Translations under genes and position numbers: made by a program | Source: an uncultured Gammaproteobacteria bacterium | GTDB taxonomy: Bacteria; Pseudomonadota; Gammaproteobacteria; Steroidobacterales; Rariloculaceae | DNA: 64,000 nt | Assembly (NCBI GenBank): GCA_963810755.1 | Contig: CAWEOP010000008.1 | Location: forward strand, 648,631 to 712,630 | Reading direction: 5' to 3' | In this document: positions 9,682 through 18,505 of the stretch, piece after piece | How positions within the stretch are numbered: position 1 is the first letter of the stretch | Layout: each line of letters begins with the position of its first letter | The notes under the pieces: generated by a model | Seen by the model: only the letters and a program-made list of their open reading frames with translations | Told to the model about the DNA's origin: nothing | The model's database searches: none

Positions 9682-10962
9682 TCAGCTCTTTGCGGCGCGC
9701 TGCCGCACGGTCGGATCGTCCTCGCGCCCGAGCGCGTTCGACCACGTGAGAGCCTCGATCTGCAGTTGCGGCAGCTCGCCCGTTTCGCACGGGTCTCCCT
9801 TCGCCAGGAGCGCCGAAACGGTCGCGTCGTCCGTGCGCTCGAGTGCTTCGACCACCTGCAGCAGGTGACCCAGCGGACCGCTGCGCTCTAGCAGCGCAGC
9901 GCGCACGTCGTCGGGGAACTGCAAATGTTCGATGAGCTCGGTCATCGGCGTTTCGAGCAGCGCGTCGAGCAGCGACAGAATGCCCGTCATGAATGCTCGG
10001 TCTTGCAAGCGTCGATCGTTTGAACGCTGCCCCGCTAGCAGCTCCATCAGCTTGCCGCGCGCGGCGGCGAGCTGCAGTAACGGGGTCGGGAAATGGCCGC
10101 TGCTGTCGTGCGCGAACAAGAGTAGCTGTAGCCAACGCTGCAACTGGCGGCGGCCAAGGATCTTGAGTGCGTGCGCGAGCGACTGGATCGGCGAACGAAC
10201 ACCCGTTCCCACGGAGTTCACGACGCGCATCAGCTTATAGCTGAGCTCCGGCGCCTGCTTGAATGTGCGCTCGATCTCGGCCGCGTCGGCGTGCTCGTCG
10301 AGCGACTGCTCGAGCAGGCGCATGATCACGCGCTTCGACGGATCGGCGCGCCGGCCCTGCATTAGCACCGGCCGTGCAAAGAAGTAACCTTGAAAAAGGT
10401 CGAACCCCAGTTCGCGGCACTGGTCCACCTTCATGCGCGTGTCAACCTTCTCGGCGAGCAGCGCCACGCGTCCGGCCGAGCGGGCTGTCGTGACAAGCGC
10501 GGGTAGATCGGCGTCAGCGGTCGCGAGCACGTCGATCTTGACGATATCGATCAAGGGCAGCAGGGACGCGTGGACGGCGTCGATCTGCACGACATCGTCG
10601 AGCGCAAAAGAGAACCCGCGCTCGCGCAGGTCTCGGCACCGCTCGACCACCTCCGGCGTGATCCGCACGTGCTCGAGCAGCTCGATGACCGTGCGGTCCG
10701 GCGGCAGCAGCTCCACGACGTCGGACATCAGCAACGCCGCGTCGAAGTTGATGAACGCGCGTGCGTCGCCGAGCACCGACGCGATGCCGAGCTCGTTGAA
10801 TGCAAAGTGGATCACGCTCGCCGTCGCGGTCTTGTCGTCCGTGACGTGCGCTGCGTTGGTCGTGCCGGACCGGAACAGCAGCTCGTAGCCGATGGTGTCG
10901 CCGATGAGGTCGATAATCGGTTGGCGGGCCAGCCAGAATGCGGGTCGTGAGGGCACGCGCAA
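9682..10962 (-). CDS. EAL plus HDOD domain signalling protein (COG3434-like)
   Basis: IGYELLFR, KIDV and FDLFQGYFFARP are EAL-domain blocks. The C-terminal half (LMRVVNSVGTGVRSPIQSLAHALKILGRRQLQRWL) is HDOD-like. The start is TTG/GTG. Confidence 0.85.
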   Translation of the reverse strand: MRVPSRPAFWLARQPIIDLIGDTIGYELLFRSGTTNAAHVTDDKTATASVIHFAFNELGIASVLGDARAFINFDAALLMSDVVELLPPDRTVIELLEHVRITPEVVERCRDLRERGFSFALDDVVQIDAVHASLLPLIDIVKIDVLATADADLPALVTTARSAGRVALLAEKVDTRMKVDQCRELGFDLFQGYFFARPVLMQGRRADPSKRVIMRLLEQSLDEHADAAEIERTFKQAPELSYKLMRVVNSVGTGVRSPIQSLAHALKILGRRQLQRWLQLLLFAHDSSGHFPTPLLQLAAARGKLMELLAGQRSNDRRLQDRAFMTGILSLLDALLETPMTELIEHLQFPDDVRAALLERSGPLGHLLQVVEALERTDDATVSALLAKGDPCETGELPQLQIEALTWSNALGREDDPTVRQRAAKS

Positions 10963-11016
10963 GTATTCCCGGCCTGCGCGCCGTAGAACAGGAACCGGCG
11001 CACACCTCGTGGAGCC

Positions 11017-11508
11017 CTACTGCAGCCCGCCGCGCACGGACGTGATCCGCTGCGTGTTGAATCCGAGCCAATGCATGCGGCCGACGTAGCGCGCGTGCTC
11101 GACCTTGATGCAGCGATCCATCACGACGGAGACGCCGCCTTCCTCGGCGATGCGCGCGCCTTCCTCGTTGATGACGCCGAACTGGCACCAGAGGTTCTTG
11201 GCACGGATCGCAACGGCGTCTCGCGCGATGCCCGGCAGCGCGTCGGGCGCCCGGAACACGTTGACGATGTCGACGGGCACCGGCACGTCGCGCAGGCTCG
11301 GGTAGCTCTTCTCGCCCAAGATCTGCGCCTCGCGCGGATTCACGGGAATGACGCGATAGCCGTGCCGCTGCAGGTAGAACCCGACGAAGTGGCTCGCGCG
11401 CAGCGTGTTGCTCGACAGCCCGACGATCGCGATCGTTTTTGCCTCGCGCAGCACGCGCTGGATCGTGAGCGGATCCTGGTACGCGTGAAGGTCGAATGCC
11501 GTGCTCAT
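11017..11508 (-). CDS. CoA-binding domain protein
   Basis: 163 aa from MSTAFDL. AIVGLSSNTLRASHFVGFYLQRHGYRVIPVNP is a CoA_binding_2 signature. Its ATG overlaps the metY stop (ATGA at 11505-11508). Confidence 0.85.
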   Translation of the reverse strand: MSTAFDLHAYQDPLTIQRVLREAKTIAIVGLSSNTLRASHFVGFYLQRHGYRVIPVNPREAQILGEKSYPSLRDVPVPVDIVNVFRAPDALPGIARDAVAIRAKNLWCQFGVINEEGARIAEEGGVSVVMDRCIKVEHARYVGRMHWLGFNTQRITSVRGGLQ

Positions 11509-12818
11509 CGCGCCGCTCCCGCAGGGGCGGCCGCGCGCGCACGCGCGAAGCCCTGCTCGAGGTCCCAGATCAGATCGTCGACGTCCTCGATGCCGACCGA
11601 CAACCGAATCGTGCCCGCGCGCACGCCGGCCGCTACGAGCTCTGCTTCCTCGAGCTGCCGGTGCGTCGTGCTGGCCGGATGAATCACGAGGCTCTTCACG
11701 TCGCCGACGTTCGCGAGATGCGACCAGAGCGTCACGCCGCGGATGAACTCCTGGCCGGCTTCGCGGCCGCCGCGGATGTCGAACGTGAATATCGAGCCCA
11801 CGCCGCGCGGCAAGTACTTCTCGACGAGCGGCCGATAACGGCTCGCGGGAAACCCGGAGTAGGTGACGTTCGAAACGAAGTCGTGCTTCTCGAGGTAGCG
11901 CGCGATCGCAGCGGCGTTCGTCACGTGCCGGTCCATTCGCAGCGACAGCGTTTCGAGACCTTGCAGGAACAGGAACGCGTTGAACGGGCTCAAGCACGCG
12001 CCGAGATCGCGGAGCGTCTCCGCGCGCAGCTTCATGAGATAGCCGTAGGTGCCGAACGTCTCGTGGAACTCCAGGCCGTGGTAGGCGGGCGAGGGCTCGG
12101 CGATCACGGGGAACCGGCCGTTCGACCAGTTGAACGTGCCCGAGTCGACGACCACCCCGCCGATGCTCGTGCCGTGACCGCCGATGAACTTGGTGGCCGA
12201 GTGCAGCACGATGTCCGCGCCCCATTCGATCGGCCTGCAGAGATACGGCGTCGCGAACGTGTTGTCGACGAGCAGCGGGATCCCGTGGTCGTGCGCGATC
12301 TTCGCGATGCCCTCGATGTCGAGCACGTTGCCGCCCGGGTTGCCGATGGTCTCGCCGAAGAACGCCTTCGTGTTGTCGCGCACGGCTTTCCGCCACGCGC
12401 CGAGGTCGTCGGGGTCGACCCATGTGATCTCGACGGACATCTTGCGCAGCACGTGCTTGAGCTGGTTCACCGTGCCGCCGTAAAGCGCGGCGGAGGACAC
12501 CACGTGGTCGCCGGGCGAGAGCAGCGTGAACAACGCGGCGGCCTGAGCCGCGAGGCCGCTCGCGAACGCGACCGCGCCGCAGCCGCCCTCGAGGCTCGCC
12601 ATGCGCTCCTCGAATACCGCTGTCGTCGGATTCATGATCCGGGTGTAGGTGTTGCCGTATTCCTGGAGATTGAAGTACGCGGCCGCGGACTCGGGGTCCT
12701 CGAACACGTAGCTCGTCGTCTGATAGATGGGTACCGCGCGCGCTCCGGTATTCGGATCGGGGCGCTGACCGCCGTGGACTTGGCGGGTGTCGAAGCCGAA
12801 CGGACGTGATTCTTCCAT
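11505..12818 (-). CDS. metY: O-acetylhomoserine sulfhydrylase (PLP-dependent)
   Basis: 437 aa. FGFDTRQVHGGQRPDPNTGARAVPIYQTTSYVF and HSATKFIGGHG (PLP lysine) are typical of MetY/Cys-Met metabolism enzymes. Confidence 0.9.
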   Translation of the reverse strand: MEESRPFGFDTRQVHGGQRPDPNTGARAVPIYQTTSYVFEDPESAAAYFNLQEYGNTYTRIMNPTTAVFEERMASLEGGCGAVAFASGLAAQAAALFTLLSPGDHVVSSAALYGGTVNQLKHVLRKMSVEITWVDPDDLGAWRKAVRDNTKAFFGETIGNPGGNVLDIEGIAKIAHDHGIPLLVDNTFATPYLCRPIEWGADIVLHSATKFIGGHGTSIGGVVVDSGTFNWSNGRFPVIAEPSPAYHGLEFHETFGTYGYLMKLRAETLRDLGACLSPFNAFLFLQGLETLSLRMDRHVTNAAAIARYLEKHDFVSNVTYSGFPASRYRPLVEKYLPRGVGSIFTFDIRGGREAGQEFIRGVTLWSHLANVGDVKSLVIHPASTTHRQLEEAELVAAGVRAGTIRLSVGIEDVDDLIWDLEQGFARARAAAPAGAAR

Positions 12819-12837
12819 CGACGCTCCTTGCGAGTCT

Positions 12838-14037
12838 TTAGCGCGCGAGAAACTCCTGGATCATAGGTGTCTGGCGAGCCTCTTCCAACAGGAAGCAGTC
12901 GTGCCCGTACGGCGCGTCGATGATCTCGAGCCGCACTTCCTTGCCCGCGGCGCCGAGCGCTGCGGCGAGCTCCTCCGAGTCTTGGGGAGGGTAGAGCCAG
13001 TCGGAGCTGAACGCGATCAGCAGCGAGCGCGCCTTGATCGCGCGCACTGCGTCAATGAGACTCCCGCGGCCGTACTGCCGCGCGAGATCGAAATACGACA
13101 GCGCGCGCGACATGTAGAGATAGGTGTTCGCGTCGAAGCGTTTGACGAAGCTCTCGGCCTGGTGGCGCAGATAGCTCTCGATCTCGAACTCGGGGTCGGT
13201 GAGCAGGTAGCGAATATCGTCGGAGAATTGCAGCCGCCGGCCGAACTTGCGCCCGAGCGCGAACGCCGAGAGATACGTCATGTGGCCCAGCATGCGCGCC
13301 ACGCCCATGCCGTGCGTCGGCGCGCGGCCCGTGCCGTAGTAGTGGCCGTCCTGCCAATCCGGATCGGCCGTGATCGCGTTGCGCGCAATCGCGTTCCAGG
13401 CGACGCCCTGCGGCCGCAACGCGGGTGTGCTAGCGATCGAAATGATCGCGTCGACGTCGTTGCGGTAGAGCACCGCCCACTCGAGCGCCTGCATGCCGCC
13501 GAGCGAGCCGCCCGCGACCGCGGCGAGCCGATCGATGCCGAGCTCGCTCAGGAACGCGCGCTGGGCGCGGACCATGTCGGCGACGGTGATCACGGGGAAG
13601 CTGCTGCCGTAGGGCCGGCCGGTTGCCGGGCTCGTGCTCGACGGTCCCGTCGTGCCACGGCAGCCGCCGAGCAGGTTCGTGCTGACGACGAAATACCGCT
13701 CGGTATCGAAGGCCTTGCCGGGCCCGATCATGCCGTCCCACCAGCCCAAGGCGCGGCCGCGGTCCGCGTCGCGCTCCTCAGCGGCGAAGCCGTCGCGAGT
13801 GCCCGCGGCCGGGGCGCTGCTCGCGTAGCCGGCGGCATGCGCGTCGCCGCTCAGCGCGTGGCACACGAGGATCGCGTTGTCGCGCGCCGGCGCGAGCGTT
13901 CCGTAGGTCTCGTACGCGATCCGTACGGGATGAAGCTCCTGCCCGCAGTCGAGCCGCAGCGGCTCCGGCAGATCGAGGAAACGAGTGTCGACCGTGCCGA
14001 CGGAGCCCTCGGTGCTGTCGCTCGAGCGCACGCGCAT
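12838..14037 (-). CDS. metX: Homoserine O-acetyltransferase
   Basis: LDCGQELHPVRIAYETYGTL..NAILVCHALSGDAHAAG and GGSLGGMQALEW match the MetX alpha/beta-hydrolase signature. I took the start at MRVRSS (14037); the ORF-track maximum is 14160. Confidence 0.9.
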   Translation of the reverse strand: MRVRSSDSTEGSVGTVDTRFLDLPEPLRLDCGQELHPVRIAYETYGTLAPARDNAILVCHALSGDAHAAGYASSAPAAGTRDGFAAEERDADRGRALGWWDGMIGPGKAFDTERYFVVSTNLLGGCRGTTGPSSTSPATGRPYGSSFPVITVADMVRAQRAFLSELGIDRLAAVAGGSLGGMQALEWAVLYRNDVDAIISIASTPALRPQGVAWNAIARNAITADPDWQDGHYYGTGRAPTHGMGVARMLGHMTYLSAFALGRKFGRRLQFSDDIRYLLTDPEFEIESYLRHQAESFVKRFDANTYLYMSRALSYFDLARQYGRGSLIDAVRAIKARSLLIAFSSDWLYPPQDSEELAAALGAAGKEVRLEIIDAPYGHDCFLLEEARQTPMIQEFLAR

Positions 14038-14176
14038 CGCGCGAGTGTATACGTGATGCCCGCGCGGCGCGCTTAGACAGGGGTCGGCGTCGCGGCGTAT
14101 GATCCCGCGTCTCCGCGACAGCGGAACACGACGACTCCAAGACCAGAAATCTGACGACAATATTAAGGAGCAGACG

Positions 14177-14746
14177 ATGGCTCAGGCGGCGGCAAAAAAG
14201 GTCGATAACGGCGTCAACGTAGGGGCTCTGCTCGAGGCGCGTGAAGCGCTCCGCAAGGCACCCGAGGCGGCCAAATTCACGTGGCGGGCCTCGTGCAAGT
14301 GGAAGAACGGCACGCACAGCCGCACCCAGGTGGCTGGGTTTCACGGGCTCGGCGCAGAGCAGAAGCACAAGACCGAGTTCATGTTCGAAGCGGATCACCC
14401 CGAGATCTTCGCGTCCGAGGACATGGGCGCGACACCGGTCGAGTTCGTGCTCGTCGGTCTCGCGAGCTGCCTCACCGCGGGCGTCGCGGCAGTCGCGCAG
14501 AACCGCGGCATCCAGATTCGATCCATCGAAGCGAAGCTCGAAGGGTCGATGGACATCCAGGGGATCCTCGGCATCGACAGCGACGTGCGCAACGGCTACG
14601 ACGACATCAAGGTGACGTTCGACATCGACGCGGACGCGACGCAGAAAGAGATCGAAGCACTCGTCGCGCAGTCGCAGAAGCGCTCGGCCGTGTTCGACAT
14701 CGTGACGAACCCGACCGACGTGACGGTCGAGGTCCACAAGCGCTGA
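14177..14746 (+). CDS. OsmC/Ohr family protein
   Basis: AAGGAG lies 6 nt upstream of ATG 14177. GATPVEFVLVGLASCLTAGV contains the conserved OsmC Cys region. Confidence 0.85.
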   Translation: MAQAAAKKVDNGVNVGALLEAREALRKAPEAAKFTWRASCKWKNGTHSRTQVAGFHGLGAEQKHKTEFMFEADHPEIFASEDMGATPVEFVLVGLASCLTAGVAAVAQNRGIQIRSIEAKLEGSMDIQGILGIDSDVRNGYDDIKVTFDIDADATQKEIEALVAQSQKRSAVFDIVTNPTDVTVEVHKR

Positions 14747-14776
14747 GCGCGGCCGGCCCGCGCGGGGGCGTGGCAG

Positions 14777-14840
14777 CGAACCCGGGGCTTCCGATCGAAC
14801 CCGGAGCGTTCCATCGAACCCGGAGGTTCCATCGAACGGA
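14777..14840. repeat. Imperfect tandem repeat, about 19 nt x 3.4
   Basis: The copies are cgaacccggggcttccgat (14777-14795), cgaacccggagcgttccat (14796-14814), cgaacccggaggttccat (14815-14832) and cgaacgga... (partial). Unit lengths of 19/19/18 are not multiples of 3. Confidence 0.7.
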
Positions 14841-16081
14841 TCACGACCGTCGTCATCGGTGCCGGGCACACCGGGCTCGCGGTCAGCCGGCTGCTGACCG
14901 AGCGCTCGATCGAGCACGTGCTGCTAGAGCGCGGCGAGATCGCGAACTCTTGGCGCCGCGAGCGCTGGGATTCGCTGCGTCTCCTTACGCCGAACCGGCA
15001 GAGCCGGCTGCCGGGGTACGCGTACGACGGCGCGAACCCGGACGGCTACATGACGATGGCCGAGGTCGTCGAGTTCATCTCGGGATTCGCACGCGTCTGC
15101 GCGGCGCCGGTCCGCACGCAGACCGACGTCATCGCAGTGCGGCCCGCGGATGACGGCGGCTATCGCGTCGTCACGAATCGCGGCGAGCTGCGCTGCCGCA
15201 GCCTCGTGATCGCGAGCGGCGCCTGCAACGTCGCCGTCGTGCCGGGCGTTGGTGCGGGGGTTCCGTCCGCGATCCGGCAAGTCACGCCGTTCGACTACGG
15301 AAATCCGAGCCGTCTGCCCGACGGCGGTGTGCTCGTCGTCGGGGCGTCCGCCACCGGCGCGCAGCTCGCGGACGAGATCCGCCGGTCGGGGCGCCGCGTG
15401 ATCATCTCCGTCGGCGAGCACGTACGGTTGCCGCGCACCTATCGTGGCCGCGACGTGCTCTGGTGGATGGAAGCGAGCGGCATCTGGAACGAGCGCTACG
15501 ACGAGATCGACGACATCGCGCGCGCGCGCAAGCTGCCGTCGCCGCAGCTCGTCGGCTCGCCCGAGCGCGCGACGCTCGATCTCAACGCGCTGCGCGCGTC
15601 GGGCGTCGAGATCGTGGGGCGGCTGTCGGCCATCCGCGACGGCCGCGCGCTGTTCTCGGGCGGGCTGCGCAATCAGTTCGCGCTCGCGGACCTGAAAATG
15701 AATCGCCTGCTCGACACTTTCGACGAGTGGGCGCGGAGCGCGGCCGACCTCGACGTCGGTCCGCCCGAACGATTCGAGCCGACACACGCGCCCGCGGCGC
15801 CGCGGCTGCAGGTCGATCTCGCGAGCGGAGAGATCCGCTCGATCGTTTGGGCGACGGGATTCCGGCCCGACTATCGGTGGCTCGAGGTTCCGGTGCTCGA
15901 TACCAAGGGGCGGCTCCGCCACGACGGCGGCGTCGTCGACGCGCCGGGGATGTACGCGATCGGTCTCCCGGTACTACGGCGGCGCAAGTCGACGTTCATT
16001 CATGGCGCGGAGGACGACGCGAGGGACATCGTCGAGCATCTCGCTCGCTCGCTCCGTGCGACGGCTTCGTCTCGTGCATAA
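14831..16081 (+). CDS. FAD/NAD(P)-binding flavin-dependent oxidoreductase (COG2072/CzcO-like); start codon unresolved
   Basis: The ORF-track start (GTG 14918) cuts off the in-frame Rossmann motif TTVVIGAGHTGLAVS (14843-14887). No ATG/GTG/TTG lies between the in-frame TGA at 14744 and that motif. ATC 14831 follows GGAGG by 4 nt. Later motifs include WRRERWDSLRLLTPN and a second GxGxxG (VVGASATGAQLA). Confidence 0.75.
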   Translation: MERITTVVIGAGHTGLAVSRLLTERSIEHVLLERGEIANSWRRERWDSLRLLTPNRQSRLPGYAYDGANPDGYMTMAEVVEFISGFARVCAAPVRTQTDVIAVRPADDGGYRVVTNRGELRCRSLVIASGACNVAVVPGVGAGVPSAIRQVTPFDYGNPSRLPDGGVLVVGASATGAQLADEIRRSGRRVIISVGEHVRLPRTYRGRDVLWWMEASGIWNERYDEIDDIARARKLPSPQLVGSPERATLDLNALRASGVEIVGRLSAIRDGRALFSGGLRNQFALADLKMNRLLDTFDEWARSAADLDVGPPERFEPTHAPAAPRLQVDLASGEIRSIVWATGFRPDYRWLEVPVLDTKGRLRHDGGVVDAPGMYAIGLPVLRRRKSTFIHGAEDDARDIVEHLARSLRATASSRA

Positions 16082-16120
16082 ACAGCAGCTTACGAGACTA
16101 ATGTGAAGGTGTTTGGAGTA

Positions 16121-16134
16121 CCCTCCGCGGAGGG
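16121..16134. repeat. CCCTCCGCGGAGGG palindrome, intergenic copy
   Basis: Perfect 14-bp palindrome between the convergent stops at 16081 (+) and 16155 (-). The same 14-mer recurs at 45710, 45819 and 46340, with 13/14 matches at 40832 and 46382. Confidence 0.85.
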
Positions 16135-16154
16135 TGGCCGCGCGGCTTCGGCCC

Positions 16155-17174
16155 TTAGTGCCTGGCGCTCTTATCCGTGCAATTGAACGGCATCACGCGC
16201 TCGGCTGGGCGCCAAACCCACGACCGCCTGCCCTCGATCGGCGCGGTCAACGAATCGGGGTCCGTGATCGACAGCGTGTAGTTGAGACGGCTGCCGTCCG
16301 CGCTCGGCGAGAAGCGCTCGACCAATTTGGCGGAGGGGCCCATCGGAACGCCCATGTTGTTGACATACGGCTCGTTGAGCCGCGTGGTTTCGACGACGAG
16401 AGTGCCTTCTTCCCAATGGCCGACCGAGTAGCCGAGCGGCGTCCGCGGCGCCGCCGCGTCGGAGCTCTCGCGCATGTGGATCGTGCGGAGCGTGTCGTAT
16501 TCCTCCATTTTCAGCGCGATCGTGTCGCCGCGATCGACGAACTCGATCGGAAACGGCTGCCGAATGATCGCCGGCATGCCCTTCGGCGTGCAGCCGACCG
16601 TGGTCGTGTCCTCGACGGGGTTGAAACGCGCGGCGGCTTGCCGCGCCTTCTCCGTCAACGGCCAAGTCAGACCCGCGAACAGCGACGCGGGATTCGCGTC
16701 CGGATCGTCGAGGTCGGAGGCCCACGTGCGAAACAGCGTGGTCGACGCGGACGCGGTTCCGGACTCGAACAGCGCGCGGTCCGATCCGTAGCCGAGCGCG
16801 TTCGCCGCCCAGAGGGGCTTCGAGTAGCGCCACATCACGAGCTCTTGCCCGTCTCCTGCCAGCAGGTTCGTTCCGTACATGCGTACGCCGGACCGCTTGG
16901 AGGGCCAACCCGCCGCTTTCACCGTGTCGCCGACCTTGAAGATCTCGAGCGGCACGTTCATCCGCCGAAAGTTATTGAGGCCGGCGCTTTCGATGTCCCA
17001 AGTGACGGTTTTGCCCGCCGCGTCGGTGGCCTGCACGAGAATCCGCGCGTGCGGGTTCTGCCACGCCACGTCGATGAGCTTGCCTTCCACTACCACCGAC
17101 TTGGTATCGTCGTACTCGCTGTAAGAGTGATGGGCATTGGCCGCAAGCGTGATCGTGAAGGACGCGATTCGCAG
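16155..17174 (-). CDS. Natural fusion of a D module (DUF6152-like) to a P-family domain; start uncertain
   Basis: FTITLAANA|HHSYSEYDD...VAWQNPHARILV...KVGDTVKAAGWP is the D module. It is followed by CTPKGMPAIIRQPF, GHWEEGTLVVETT, YTLSITDPDSLTAPIEG and FNCTD, which make up the P domain. The only nearby start is CTG 17174 (giving MRIASFTITLAANA). The ATG at 17390 adds 72 Arg-rich residues, and the ATG at 17260 is out of frame. Confidence 0.7.
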   Translation of the reverse strand: MRIASFTITLAANAHHSYSEYDDTKSVVVEGKLIDVAWQNPHARILVQATDAAGKTVTWDIESAGLNNFRRMNVPLEIFKVGDTVKAAGWPSKRSGVRMYGTNLLAGDGQELVMWRYSKPLWAANALGYGSDRALFESGTASASTTLFRTWASDLDDPDANPASLFAGLTWPLTEKARQAAARFNPVEDTTTVGCTPKGMPAIIRQPFPIEFVDRGDTIALKMEEYDTLRTIHMRESSDAAAPRTPLGYSVGHWEEGTLVVETTRLNEPYVNNMGVPMGPSAKLVERFSPSADGSRLNYTLSITDPDSLTAPIEGRRSWVWRPAERVMPFNCTDKSARH

Positions 17175-17373
17175 GTCGCGATCGAGAGCGTTCGGCGCGT
17201 CGCGACGGATACGTGACGACGAGCCGCCGCAGTGCGCCCAAGGACATCGTCGAGACGCATCGTGTTTGGCTCCTGCTCGGCTGCGGAGGGGCCGATGAAT
17301 CGTACGTTGCGCGCGCGCGCAGCGATAGTGGCTAGCCCGAGGCGAAGTCGCGGCCGCCGACGCGGCAGCGCGG

Positions 17374-18375
17374 CTAGCGTGAGCTAGCATCGCCGCCGGC
17401 AGCTTCTTCGGCGCGCAAGGCCGACAGCATGCCGCGCAGGCTGTAGTTCCCTTCGTGGCAAGCGTATTCGTAGATCGGCCCGTTGCTCTTCTTCCAGTAG
17501 ATCGCGGCGGTCCACGGCCGCGTCCAGACGGTGGGATCCTCGACGGTGAACTCGTAGCGCAGCGTGTCGTCGCTCACGCGCGTGAATCGCTCCGTGAGCC
17601 GCAGGTTCTCGTCAGAGAAGCGGAAGTAGCCGCCCATCGGGCTGCCGGAAGAGGGGAAGTTCGTCGTGTCGACGACGAGCGTGTCGCCGTCCCAGTGGCC
17701 TCGTGAGTCGCCGAGGTACTGCCGAATCGCCGGCGACACGTGCGGCCGGCCATCGAGCGGAATCATGCGCGCGTCGTGGATCTTCTCCATTTGAATCGCG
17801 ACGTCGCTCGGCGATTGGATGATCCGATAGACGCTCATGTACGCGGCGAAGAGATCGGGGAAGCCGTAAGTGATGCAGCGATCGGTGATCGAGAGATCGC
17901 TGGCGCTGCGCGCGCGGGCGGGTTGCGCGGCGGCTCGCGCGGCGCGGCGCTGCGTGGCCTCCGGCGTGAGCGGCGGCAGCCGTCCGTCCGCGGGATCTTC
18001 GATGAGCGACGTGCGGCGCTCGAAGTAGCGATTGGGCACCCAGTTCTGGCTGTACGTGCCGGTCGCGCCGAGCTGACGCGGACGGTTCTCGTCGAGCAAC
18101 GCGAGGTAGAGCGAGTCGCCGAACACCGCGTCCGCTTCCGCGTTGAAGAGCTCAGCGGCCCGCGCCTTCAGCGCGGACAGCTCGTCCTCGGTGAGTAGCG
18201 GCTTACCCGCGAGCTCGGGCGGCCGCTCGAGCGGCGTGGCGCTGTTGTTCTCCCAGGTACCCTGCAGATCGGGCTTGCCGTTCGCGAGCCTCGGCACGGC
18301 CCACGGCGTTTGGGCGATCGCCTGAGTGCCGCAGCACCACGTCGCGAGAGTAACGGCCAGCAATGATCTGCGCAT
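17374..18375 (-). CDS. Exported P-family paralog P3 (uncharacterised)
   Basis: Signal peptide MRRSLLAVTLATWCCGTQAIAQ. Motifs present: GKPDLQGTW, RCITYGFP, IPLDGRPH, GHWDGDTLVVDTT, YEFTVEDPTVWTRPW and YEYACHEGN. Confidence 0.85.
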   Translation of the reverse strand: MRRSLLAVTLATWCCGTQAIAQTPWAVPRLANGKPDLQGTWENNSATPLERPPELAGKPLLTEDELSALKARAAELFNAEADAVFGDSLYLALLDENRPRQLGATGTYSQNWVPNRYFERRTSLIEDPADGRLPPLTPEATQRRAARAAAQPARARSASDLSITDRCITYGFPDLFAAYMSVYRIIQSPSDVAIQMEKIHDARMIPLDGRPHVSPAIRQYLGDSRGHWDGDTLVVDTTNFPSSGSPMGGYFRFSDENLRLTERFTRVSDDTLRYEFTVEDPTVWTRPWTAAIYWKKSNGPIYEYACHEGNYSLRGMLSALRAEEAAGGDASSR

Positions 18376-18505
18376 GAGCGGTGACTTTACACCCGGCGTT
18401 CGCGGGAACGAAAGTCGTCCGGTGTTAGCGCCAGGACGCGCGAGCCGCTATGCTTTCCACCGCCGTCACACTAACTCCGAACGGTCTACCAAGCGAGCAC
18501 ATCCG

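Noticed and set aside
14038-14176. Possible SAM riboswitch upstream of metX.
   Set aside because: The leader lacks the SAM-I core (GAGGGA...GGCCC...GCAACC). I could not see a SAM-II or SAM-V pseudoknot pattern. An Rfam scan would settle it.
14744-14746. TGA read-through or selenocysteine joining OsmC to the downstream flavoprotein (same frame, no start codon).
   Set aside because: There is no SECIS-like hairpin immediately 3' of the TGA. The intervening 30 codons are a non-triplet tandem repeat, and I know of no such fusion architecture. A same-frame arrangement has a one-in-three chance of occurring anyway.
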